In this document: positions 1 through 8,104 of the stretch, one piece after another
Layout: each line of letters opens with the position of its first letter
Numbering within the stretch: the stretch's first letter is position 1
Assembly: GCA_028678885.1 (NCBI GenBank)
Contig: JAJRCP010000022.1
Span: forward strand, 1 to 25,324
Direction: 5' to 3'
From: Methanomicrobiales archaeon
GTDB taxonomy: Archaea > Halobacteriota > Methanomicrobia > Methanomicrobiales > JACTUA01
DNA length: 25,324 nt
The notes under the pieces: model-generated
The model's database searches: none
What the model saw: the letters and a program-made list of their open reading frames with translations, nothing else
Told to the model about the DNA's origin: nothing
Made by a program: the position numbers and the translations under genes

Positions 1-1345
1 ATTTTTTGGCTTCTGTTTCAGTCATAATGCCTTTTTCCACCACAAGGATTGATATTAGGGTATTCCTTTTCAACGCCTCTTCTGCAAGTATAGCTGCTTG
101 AAGATATCCGATCCTTGGTGCAAGGAGAGTGATCAGGAATGGATTTTTTTCTATGGTGGACTGCATGTGTGCTTCGTGTGCAGATATTCCCTCTATACAA
201 CGTTTCTGGAATACAGGAAGAAAATTCGTAAGATAGCGCAGAGATTCAAGGATATTATGCGTCATCACAGGAGTCATTACATTCAGCTCCAGCTGGCCTG
301 CCTGCGCGGCGCTATTGACGGCAGTGTCATTCCCGATGATCTGGTAGCATATCATATCCAGACATTCTGCCATCACCGGATTCACTTTCCCCGGCATGAT
401 GGATGAACCGGGCTGGACTGAAGGAAGGGCGATCTCATTGATGCCGGCTGTCGGCCCCGACCCCATCATACGGAGATCGTTTGCGATTCTTATCAGTTCC
501 AGACTGAGCTCGCGAAGCGATCCGGAAAAGGACACCATCTGGGACCTGCTCTGCAGAGCTTCAAAACTATTTTGGGCAGGTCTCAAAGGGAGGGAGGTGA
601 GCTGGGAGAGATAGTGGATAATCCGATCACGAAAACCAAGGGGTGTATTCGCACCAGTTCCGGTAGCAGTTCCTCCGATTGCGATCTCCAGCAAATTATT
701 TTTTTGTTCCTGAATGCGCCTAGCTGCACGTGCAATTGCACATCCGTACGCTAAGAACTCATCACCAAGCATGACAGGGAGTGCATCCATGAGATGTGTT
801 CTGCCCGACTTAGGTACAGTACAAAATTCTTCTCCCTTCCTATACAGTGCTTTGGTGAGATCTTCTAGTATAGGTATTAGGCGATCGGCCATGACAATAA
901 TAGCGAGGTGAGATGCAGTAGGGAAGGTATCATTGGTGGATTGGGATTTATTGACGTGATCATGAGGGCTGAGAAAATCATAGTCGCCTTTCTTTCTTCC
1001 GAGGAGTTCCAGGGCCCGGTTTGCCAGTACTTCATTGACATTCATATGGGAAGATGTTCCGGCACCAGATTGGAACACATCCACGGGAAATTGATCCGCA
1101 AATTGCCCCTGCAGGACTTCATCCGTTGCCTTGACGATGGCCTTACCCTTTTCCACATCCAGAACTCCCAATTCCATGTTCGTAAGCGCTGCCGCTTTCT
1201 TCACTAGGATGAAAGACTGGATGAATTCGGTCTGTTCACGTATCCCACTCACCGGAAAATTTTCCAGGGCTCGTATCGTTTCCACGCCATAGTATACCTG
1301 GTCAGGAACCTCGCGGGTCCCGAGTACATCGCGCTCTCGTCTCAT
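1..1345 (-). CDS. aspA: Aspartate ammonia-lyase / class II fumarase family lyase, 3'-truncated by the window edge (AspA more likely)
   Basis: Not in the ORF track. Hand translation from ATG 1345 is open to the window edge (448 codons): MRRERDVLGTREVPDQVYYGVETIRALENFPVSG, DVFQSGAGTSSHMNVNEVLANRALELLG, HVNKSQSTNDTFPTA, KSGRTHLMDA and the family signature QPGSSIMPGKVNP. A GGTGGAG SD-like motif lies upstream. The family is secure; AspA versus FumC is not. Confidence 0.85.
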   Translation of the reverse strand, partial: MRRERDVLGTREVPDQVYYGVETIRALENFPVSGIREQTEFIQSFILVKKAAALTNMELGVLDVEKGKAIVKATDEVLQGQFADQFPVDVFQSGAGTSSHMNVNEVLANRALELLGRKKGDYDFLSPHDHVNKSQSTNDTFPTASHLAIIVMADRLIPILEDLTKALYRKGEEFCTVPKSGRTHLMDALPVMLGDEFLAYGCAIARAARRIQEQKNNLLEIAIGGTATGTGANTPLGFRDRIIHYLSQLTSLPLRPAQNSFEALQSRSQMVSFSGSLRELSLELIRIANDLRMMGSGPTAGINEIALPSVQPGSSIMPGKVNPVMAECLDMICYQIIGNDTAVNSAAQAGQLELNVMTPVMTHNILESLRYLTNFLPVFQKRCIEGISAHEAHMQSTIEKNPFLITLLAPRIGYLQAAILAEEALKRNTLISILVVEKGIMTETEAKK

Positions 1346-1577
1346 GCGATATCTCCACCAATCATCATCACCTTCACCTCTATTTTTGGATATCCTTGTT
1401 CTTCCTATATGAGCTACTACCCTGAGCATTCCCAACCAGATAGTAATTATGGCGTACCAGGGTGAAGATTAAGGGAGAATTTTTCAGTTTCCCTCCAGTG
1501 AAATGACGAAGAGAGGCTGGAAAAAAGAGCACACGCCCGTTCTTGGCTGTACACAAACCGTTGAATTCCATGAACGA

Positions 1578-1589
1578 TTAAATATATAT
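1578..1589 (+). promoter_or_regulatory. Candidate archaeal TATA box for the 1613-3274 gene cluster
   Basis: TTAAATATATAT ends about 24 nt upstream of ATG 1613, the spacing expected for a leaderless or short-leader archaeal transcript. Confidence 0.55.
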
Positions 1590-1612
1590 CATTAGTATGC
1601 CATCGATCTCGC

Positions 1613-1894
1613 ATGCAAGAAACTTACCTTCCAAAGATCAATGCGCAGATAAAAAAGATGGATGAAGAGATTGTAAAACTCCAGAAAATGGCCAAGGAGA
1701 AAGGCTCTCAGACTGAGGCAGAACTGAATAAAATATTGGAGAAATATCAGCTCAATCGAAAGGATCTTCAGGATAAAATGGAGAAGTTCCGGCAAACGGG
1801 AAAGGAAGCTGCAAAAGACGTGACTGCCGGAGTGGACCGGGCATTGGAAGAAATGAAGACTGCATTTAATAAGGCACGTTCCCGATTCCAGTAA
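1613..1894 (+). CDS. Small (93 aa) all-helical coiled-coil protein, resembling Sll1863-like bacterial stress proteins
   Basis: K/E/Q-rich with heptad-like hydrophobic spacing (YLPKINAQIKKMDEEIVKL...VDRALEEMKTAFNKARSRFQ). It has a TATA-like element upstream and ends 23 nt before the Fpg start. The family resemblance is from memory. Confidence 0.7.
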   Translation: MQETYLPKINAQIKKMDEEIVKLQKMAKEKGSQTEAELNKILEKYQLNRKDLQDKMEKFRQTGKEAAKDVTAGVDRALEEMKTAFNKARSRFQ

Positions 1895-1917
1895 ACCGGT
1901 TCGGTGGGTTGAGGTGG

Positions 1918-2703
1918 ATGCCGGAGCTTCCCGATGTCGAGACCTTTCGCCGCTACTTCGAGGCCGCATCCCTGTTCCAGCAGGTTACTGAGGTCATGAT
2001 AAAGGAGACAAGAATTCTCTCCGAAGTGACCGCACAGGATCTCGAAATACGATTGATAGGCCACCAATTTGAATCAGCCCAAAGACGGGGAAAGTACCTG
2101 TTCACCAGACTGGAGAATCAGTCGTGGGTGGTTTTCCATTTTGGAATGACAGGCAGTCTGCAGTATTTTAGGGATGTTGAAGGGGAACCGGCATACACCC
2201 GTTTCCGGATCGGGTTTGCACAAGGAAATTCCCTTGCGTATATCAATGTACGAAAACTCGGCCTTATCACATTCACCGAGAGACTTGAAGATTTTATCCA
2301 GATGAAGAATCTCGGACCTGATGCTCTCGAGATGAGTCCCGAAGAATTTCGGAAACGTCTAATAGATAGGCGGGGGTCGGCGAAATCTATCCTTATGGAC
2401 CAGAGCTTCCTTTCAGGGATCGGGAATATCTATTCTGACGAGATCCTCTTTCAAGCAGGAATTCATCCAGAACAGGAGGTGAAACAACTGGATGGAAAGA
2501 TGATCAGTACACTTTATAATGCCATGAAAGAGGTGTTGGAAACTGCGATTGAGGTGAGAGCGGATACAGACCGGTTACCAAAGACGTATATCATCCCTCA
2601 CCGTAAGAAAGGAGGGGTCTGCCCAAAGTGCGGGAATACGCTCATTCAGGAGAGAATAGGCGGGCGGACAGGGTATTACTGCCCGGAGCACCAGCGTGGG
2701 TGA
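1918..2703 (+). CDS. fpg: Fpg/Nei-family DNA glycosylase/AP lyase
   Basis: The start is moved from 1909 to ATG 1918 so the protein begins MPELPDVE (catalytic Pro2/Glu3), with a GAGGTGG SD immediately upstream. Other motifs: RRGKYL, HFGMTG, the H2TH motif [20 protein letters not shown], and a C-terminal zinc finger CPKC...[10 protein letters not shown]. Confidence 0.95.
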   Translation: MPELPDVETFRRYFEAASLFQQVTEVMIKETRILSEVTAQDLEIRLIGHQFESAQRRGKYLFTRLENQSWVVFHFGMTGSLQYFRDVEGEPAYTRFRIGFAQGNSLAYINVRKLGLITFTERLEDFIQMKNLGPDALEMSPEEFRKRLIDRRGSAKSILMDQSFLSGIGNIYSDEILFQAGIHPEQEVKQLDGKMISTLYNAMKEVLETAIEVRADTDRLPKTYIIPHRKKGGVCPKCGNTLIQERIGGRTGYYCPEHQRG

Positions 2704-3274
2704 ACTGGAGCTCAGCCAGATCGAAGAGATAGTGCGGATATGCCTACTATGCGATCTTTCTTTGTCGAGAACACACGCAGTGCCCGGTGAGGGTTCTCCG
2801 AAGGCACGAATCTTTCTCATCGGAGAGGCGCCGGGCAAAGAGGAGGATCGGCTGGGGAGGCCTTTTGTGGGGCGGGCCGGACAGATACTCGATCACCTTC
2901 TTCTCTCAATTAAACTTGACCGGGCAGATACATACATCACCAGTGTGGTCAAGTGCAGACCCCCCAAAAACCGGGAACCTGCAATGAAGGAGGAAGTGAT
3001 CTGCAACCGGTATCTTGCCCGTCAGCTTGAGCTGATCGATCCTGATGTGATCGTTCCCATGGGGAGACACGCCATTACCTGCCTCTTTGAGATGTTTGGT
3101 CTGGAGAGACAGGAAATCGCCCATGTCCATGGGAAGACGATCGCGATAATAGTACATGGAAAGAAGAAAAAAATTATTCCAACCTACCATCCCGCAGTCA
3201 TCACCCATAATCCACGGATGAGATTGTCAATTGAGAAGGATTTCCACGCCGTCCGTTCGGCGCTTCAAGAATAA
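2696..3274 (+). CDS. udg: Uracil-DNA glycosylase, family 4 (4Fe-4S type)
   Basis: Motif [24 protein letters not shown] and motif B YHPA, with four Cys (CLLC, KCRP, ICNRYL) matching the Fe-S ligand pattern. The GTG start overlaps the fpg stop by 8 nt. Confidence 0.93.
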   Translation: MGELELSQIEEIVRICLLCDLSLSRTHAVPGEGSPKARIFLIGEAPGKEEDRLGRPFVGRAGQILDHLLLSIKLDRADTYITSVVKCRPPKNREPAMKEEVICNRYLARQLELIDPDVIVPMGRHAITCLFEMFGLERQEIAHVHGKTIAIIVHGKKKKIIPTYHPAVITHNPRMRLSIEKDFHAVRSALQE

Positions 3275-3277
3275 TTC

Positions 3278-3979
3278 TTATAGTTCTTTTGTATCCAATA
3301 TCATTCCATCATAACCAGCAAGTACCTCCACGCCGTTCTCTTTCCCCAGCTCTCCTAGTTTCTGTATCGATGCTGGTATATCTTTGAAGAACCAGCTGCC
3401 GAAGTGTACAAAGATAATAAGATCCGTTAATCCTGAAAATAGGTGTATCAGATCCGGTATCCCGTTATGACCATACAAGCGGCCAGTATCTTTGTCCTTC
3501 CGCACCATACCCCCCTTCCGGATATAGCTTCCATCGGTGATAATCAGATCAGAATCTTTCAGCAGGGAATGATATTCCTTATTGATCCAGATCATATCTC
3601 CGGTATAACAGATCTTTGAGGAATTGCGGGTCACCACTAGAGCAACGGACTGTACCTTTTTACTGTGATGCGTGGGAAAGGTGTGAAGAAGGAACGGATT
3701 GAGATCGAGCTCGTCTGAGATCGTCTGGACGATGACCTGGTTCCCCTGGTAAGATTCTGGTCCATAGACTGGGACCGTTATTTCCGCCGAATCGATGATG
3801 AAGAACGCGTGATCCGGGTGGAGGTGAGTAATCACAATCTGTGAGGGATTTCGGGACAGATACTCCTTTTCCCCAATATCCAGAAGAAGAGCGTCATCGA
3901 CAAGAATTCCGGAATGTTTTCGGTGCTTCAGAGCCGATTCATCAATCTCCCCTCTCGTCCCTAATATCTCCAATTTCAT
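3278..3979 (-). CDS. MBL-fold metallo-hydrolase (RNase Z/PhnP-like motif set), function unknown
   Basis: N-terminal LGTRG, DIG, the HxHxDH motif THLHPDH, HHS, YTGD, TDGS and C-terminal VHFG. It converges on udg with a 3-nt gap. Confidence 0.85.
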   Translation of the reverse strand: MKLEILGTRGEIDESALKHRKHSGILVDDALLLDIGEKEYLSRNPSQIVITHLHPDHAFFIIDSAEITVPVYGPESYQGNQVIVQTISDELDLNPFLLHTFPTHHSKKVQSVALVVTRNSSKICYTGDMIWINKEYHSLLKDSDLIITDGSYIRKGGMVRKDKDTGRLYGHNGIPDLIHLFSGLTDLIIFVHFGSWFFKDIPASIQKLGELGKENGVEVLAGYDGMILDTKEL

Positions 3980-4211
3980 CAGACGATCCTCAGATCCTTC
4001 CGTTCTTACATAGTTTTTACTGATGATAGGATCCGATATGAAGAATTCTCAATGGAAAAATATACGAAATCTCTCGCGTAGACAGGTTAAATCACGTTCC
4101 CGATTCTTCCGTTATCCCATTATAAGATTATTTCCGCACTACCTATACCAAGATAATAATTGTGAAGAAGTTGGTACGTGGAAACCTGATAACGTTTCTT
4201 GTACAACGAGT

Positions 4212-4230
4212 GGAAGGAAAAAGATAGAGA
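4212..4230 (-). terminator. Candidate oligo-U/pyrimidine-rich terminator after thrS
   Basis: The minus strand reads TCTCTATCTTTTTCCTTCC immediately after the thrS stop; archaeal termination typically uses such tracts. Confidence 0.45.
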
Positions 4231-6060
4231 TCAGATGTAATGCGCTTTTTTTGAGAGTTTCCTGGGGGTATATAAGGGTCTACGAGGTTTCCCCTCTAGC
4301 TCTACGAGAATCTGTGCAGCGAGGGTCTCCACATCCATCTCTACTCGTTTCGGTGCTTTCGGGTCCGAGAGCTTTCGTATGGTGACGGTGAGAAGTCTCT
4401 TCTCTACTTCACGATCCCCCACCATCACCGTGTAGGGAACCCAGTCAGTTCCGGCAAGGCGCACCTTCTTATTCACGCTTTCGTCGCGATCATCCAGATC
4501 TGCCCGAATACCCTTCGCATTCAATCTGTCACATACTTCTTCTGCATAAGACTGATGCCGGGCTGCGACTGGGATGACCCGTATCTGAGTGGGAGAGAGC
4601 CAGGTGGGAAGGCTGGGTATCGTCTTATGGGCAGTTCCTTCCAGAAGGGCGCAGATGACCCGCTCGATACTTCCGGTTGGTGAGCAGTGCAGGATTGGCG
4701 GACGTACCTTTTCATCGCCCTTGATATAGGATATGTCAAAACGGGTCGAGCTTTCCACATCGATCTGGACGGTCGGATTCTCGATAGGGCGTCCCTGGCC
4801 GTCGATAGCTGCGAGGTCCACTTTCGCGACCCAATAATGCACTCTTTCGGAAAGAATCTCAATAAGCAGAGGGACTCCTGAGAGCGTGACCATCTGCTGT
4901 ACCCAATCACTGTATTGTGCATAGAAATCAGTCGTGCACCGGAATACCCCGACAAGAGTTGTTTCGAGATCTTTTCCGCTCTGCCATCCGATCAAAAGCT
5001 GCTCTTCAAAGCACTGCAACGCCTCTTCCATATCACTGCACAGGGTATGCATATCCGGCATGGTGAATGCGCGAAGACGCTTCAACCCGATCACCTCTCC
5101 CTTCTGCTCATGTCGGAAAGAGTAGGTGGATAGCTCGTACATCTTGAGGGGCAGGTCGTTCGGTGAGATGTGCATGTCATGCATCAGCGAGAACATACCA
5201 AAACAGGCGGCAAACCGAAGCATCATATCCCGGGTGCCACTCTTAAATCGGTACTGCCGCTCCCCGAACTTCGCTGCATGCTCGTAGATCGCGGCATCGT
5301 CCAGGTCGTACATCACCGGGGTTTCTACTGGATATCCTCCATAAAGTAGCACATTGTTGAGCACATAATCAGCGAGAAGATCCCGGACTAGCTTCCCCCG
5401 AGGCATCCACCGCAGATGGCCCACATCGCTCCGTGGTTCGTAGTCTACGAGCTCCTTGGACCGCATCAGTTCTACGTGAAGAGGTTCACCAGTCGCTGGC
5501 ATGGATATCCCGAGCTCTTTTTTCACAAGGCATCCGAAGGGAGAGTCATCCAAATAGGCATATACATCCCTTTTCTCCCCAGCAGGGGTGAGCACAAACC
5601 ATTCGTGGGTAACCTCGCGCTTTCCTTCCCTTTTCGCGCCTTCCTCTGGAATAATCGTTTTAGAGAGTTCGGAGAGTGGATGGCCCTTGCAGGAGAGGGT
5701 AAAGGACTTGTACCATCCAAACGGTGCCCTCTGAACGCTGTATCCTTCCCTTTCCAGTTGTTCTCCCATCGCAGCGAACACCTGAACCGCCAACTTTGGG
5801 CTGGCAAGGTCGCAACTCAAGTGGGCATAGGGATAAAGCATAATCCGGTCAACCCCCAGTTTCTTTGCGGTCTCCTCGATCTCCCGTGCGCCCTGTTCCA
5901 CTACAGATTGCGTGTACTCTTCATCTAGCGCCTCTACAGCACAAAAGACACCTAGGCCTTCCTCAAGGGAATTTTTCAGGGGTACGTCTGCTTCGGCATA
6001 GGGCGTTTGTTTCCGTGCCTGGTATTCAATATGATCTGCGTGGATCAGAAGAAGCCGCAT
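4231..6060 (-). CDS. thrS: Threonine--tRNA ligase, archaeal type with N-terminal editing domain
   Basis: [13 protein letters not shown] and [22 protein letters not shown] (archaeal editing domain), [22 protein letters not shown] (class II motif 2), [10 protein letters not shown] (motif 3) and a C-terminal anticodon-binding domain. Confidence 0.97.
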   Translation of the reverse strand: MRLLLIHADHIEYQARKQTPYAEADVPLKNSLEEGLGVFCAVEALDEEYTQSVVEQGAREIEETAKKLGVDRIMLYPYAHLSCDLASPKLAVQVFAAMGEQLEREGYSVQRAPFGWYKSFTLSCKGHPLSELSKTIIPEEGAKREGKREVTHEWFVLTPAGEKRDVYAYLDDSPFGCLVKKELGISMPATGEPLHVELMRSKELVDYEPRSDVGHLRWMPRGKLVRDLLADYVLNNVLLYGGYPVETPVMYDLDDAAIYEHAAKFGERQYRFKSGTRDMMLRFAACFGMFSLMHDMHISPNDLPLKMYELSTYSFRHEQKGEVIGLKRLRAFTMPDMHTLCSDMEEALQCFEEQLLIGWQSGKDLETTLVGVFRCTTDFYAQYSDWVQQMVTLSGVPLLIEILSERVHYWVAKVDLAAIDGQGRPIENPTVQIDVESSTRFDISYIKGDEKVRPPILHCSPTGSIERVICALLEGTAHKTIPSLPTWLSPTQIRVIPVAARHQSYAEEVCDRLNAKGIRADLDDRDESVNKKVRLAGTDWVPYTVMVGDREVEKRLLTVTIRKLSDPKAPKRVEMDVETLAAQILVELEGKPRRPLYTPRKLSKKAHYI

Positions 6061-6116
6061 ATGATCGCTCCGTTCGTAAAATACCTCACTGATGTACGCT
6101 GTCTGGGATTATTAAA

Positions 6117-6674
6117 TCAAACAGTGCGGGGATTTTTATGATACCGGGAAAGGGTCGCTTGCCGCTGATCCAGGTACTTGGCGTCTCCTTTCCGGTCATA
6201 GGAATGCTCCGCCCGTTCAGTGGTGTAAAAGACCAGCTGCCCAATGGGCATGCCGGCATAGATACGTACCGGTCTCTGATTCACATTGCACATCTCGAGG
6301 GTGATAGAGCCGCGGAACCCAGCATCAATCCATCCACCGGTCTGGTGAAGCTCAACCCCCAACCGGGCGATGCTGCTCTTGCCTTCGATGCTCGCAACGA
6401 TATTATCCGGTAATTCAATCTTCTCTAGCGTCTCTGCGAGGAGGAAGAGGCCAGGGGAGATTACAATAGAAGGCGAGCGGGTCTCGCTGATGCCAGCACA
6501 AATGCTCTCCTTCTCGTAGGGATCGATCACCTCCTCCCCTGCATTGTACCACACAAAATGGTCCCCCAAACGAACATCTAAGGAATTGGGCTGAATCATG
6601 CGGGGGTCGAAAGGATCCACCTTGATGTGACCTCGGGTGATGCGGTCCCGGAGCTGCCAGTCCACCAAAATCAT
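6117..6674 (-). CDS. dcd: dCTP deaminase (possibly the bifunctional dUMP-forming type)
   Basis: [56 protein letters not shown] and YLDQ. Confidence 0.93.
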   Translation of the reverse strand: MILVDWQLRDRITRGHIKVDPFDPRMIQPNSLDVRLGDHFVWYNAGEEVIDPYEKESICAGISETRSPSIVISPGLFLLAETLEKIELPDNIVASIEGKSSIARLGVELHQTGGWIDAGFRGSITLEMCNVNQRPVRIYAGMPIGQLVFYTTERAEHSYDRKGDAKYLDQRQATLSRYHKNPRTV

Positions 6675-6698
6675 GAATAGCTATGTACCTCGGCCGGT

Positions 6699-7397
6699 TT
6701 ACTTCTTCTTATCGATATGCCATTCTGCCCGCCGCAGAAGCCCGTGCAGGGTACTCACCTCGCGGATGGTGAGTTTCGTGCGCCCGAGAATGCGGCGCAG
6801 TAGAATCATGGTGTTCTCTCTCTTAAAATCCGGATGATCGATCTTATCGAGAAACGAATCAAGGTGTGAATAAAGGGGATCTATCTCCTGGTGGGTAGCA
6901 AGGGTATAAGTTCCACGGGGAAGACCTGACAGTTCATAACAGATCACACAGACCGCGTGCGAGAGGTTCAGAATTGGATAGTCCGGAGAACTTGGTATGG
7001 TGCAGACCACATCGCACTGTGCCACCTCCTCATTGTTCAGTCCCCAGTTTTCCCTTCCAAACAGGATGGAAACCCTACCCTCAACATCCTTAATGAGCTC
7101 CCGAACTTCAGTTGGGGTATAATATGGCATCCGCAGCGATCTGCACACTGATTTATTGAGCTCTCCGGTGGTCGCGATGGTCAGGGTGCTCCGGTTATAC
7201 ACCTCCTCCAGTGTACACAGGTCTGCCTGCTCCAGTACATCCCGCGCATGTGAAGCACAGGCAAAGGCATAATCCCCCAGAGGGCAGGAATTAATGAGTA
7301 CCAGATGACTAAGACCGAAATTTTTCATTACCCGGGCGGTGGAACCCACATTCCCTTCATAAAGAGGGCCCACGAGAACGATCTCGATGTTCGGCAT
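6699..7397 (-). CDS. trmJ: SPOUT RNA methyltransferase, TrmJ/LasT (TrmH) family, probable tRNA 32 2'-O-methyltransferase
   Basis: The start is reassigned to ATG 7397 (MPNIEIVLVGPLYEGNVGSTARVMKNFG), with a GGAG SD upstream. Knot motifs are LFGRENWGLNNEE and IPSSPDYPILNLSHAV. Confidence 0.88.
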   Translation of the reverse strand: MPNIEIVLVGPLYEGNVGSTARVMKNFGLSHLVLINSCPLGDYAFACASHARDVLEQADLCTLEEVYNRSTLTIATTGELNKSVCRSLRMPYYTPTEVRELIKDVEGRVSILFGRENWGLNNEEVAQCDVVCTIPSSPDYPILNLSHAVCVICYELSGLPRGTYTLATHQEIDPLYSHLDSFLDKIDHPDFKRENTMILLRRILGRTKLTIREVSTLHGLLRRAEWHIDKKK

Positions 7398-7413
7398 CGG
7401 GTCTCCTGTACAA

Positions 7414-8100
7414 TTATTGCACAGCGCGGACGGTTTCGCGGAGGAGTACCCCCCCTTTCTCGTACACCGCGTTCCCCACAACGATTGTATCCGCATATTT
7501 AGCCATCTCGGCAGCCCGCTGCGGCGTATTTATACCGCCACCATAGAAAAGAATTGCGTTGTCGACCACTTCAGAGGCTGCTCGGACCACGGCTGGATCC
7601 CCATACATGCCACTATATTCAATATATACAATGGGGAAGTGGAAATAACGGTCTGCACATGTCGTATACGCGGCCACCTCCTTTGCAGACAGCGAACAGG
7701 ATGCACGGGTCACTTTCCCTACCGCGGAATTGGGGTTTAACACGATATACGCCTCTGGCACGACAAGGTCCCATTCCACAGGGTAATGAAGTATCCAATC
7801 CCGGTGTTTCCCGACGACCCACTGTACATCCGTTGAATTGATCACGCTAGGGACAAAAAGGTACGAGATGCCATCTGAAAGAGCACTCTCCGGAGAGGAA
7901 GGCTCAACGACCACCGGCAGATCATAGGGTTTGACCTGGCTCAGGAGTGAACGCAGATTCTCCCGGGTCACATTCATCGTGCCGGAGAGCATGAGTGCAT
8001 CTGTCCCGCTGGTGGCCACATCAGCGAGGGTGCCCGCAGGTAGGGTTTTATCCGGATCCAGCTTGGTTACATGAACCCAGTACTTCCATTTGTGCTGCAT
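7414..8100 (-). CDS. pcrB: Geranylgeranylglyceryl phosphate synthase, group I (PcrB-like)
   Basis: The start is reassigned to ATG 8100, 4 nt after the topA stop. Motifs are HVTKLDPDK, GTDALMLSGT, VVVEPS, PEAYIVLNPNSAV, YIEYSG, FYGGGI and DTIVVGN. Confidence 0.93.
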   Translation of the reverse strand: MQHKWKYWVHVTKLDPDKTLPAGTLADVATSGTDALMLSGTMNVTRENLRSLLSQVKPYDLPVVVEPSSPESALSDGISYLFVPSVINSTDVQWVVGKHRDWILHYPVEWDLVVPEAYIVLNPNSAVGKVTRASCSLSAKEVAAYTTCADRYFHFPIVYIEYSGMYGDPAVVRAASEVVDNAILFYGGGINTPQRAAEMAKYADTIVVGNAVYEKGGVLLRETVRAVQ

Positions 8101-8104
8101 CAAT

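Noticed and set aside
18-1207. Six short ORFs in the track (18-200, 98-406, 396-614, 572-754, 714-911, 908-1207)
   Set aside because: All are antisense or off-frame shadows of the aspartase/fumarase gene, which fills 1-1345 on the minus strand.
1346-1571. 63-aa minus-strand ORF 1380-1571 and an in-frame upstream ATG at 1429 for the lyase
   Set aside because: The ORF has no recognisable motif and overlaps the divergent promoter region. Family homology begins at ATG 1345, which has an SD-like motif.
1-3979. Left block as a mobile element or compositional island
   Set aside because: I saw no integrase, transposase, tRNA or flanking direct repeat. Spot-checked 60-nt lines ranged from about 33% to 52% GC, too variable to claim a shift without computation.
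4023-4385. 120-aa plus-strand ORF
   Set aside because: It overlaps the thrS 3' end in antisense, has no motif or SD, and crosses an AT-rich spacer.
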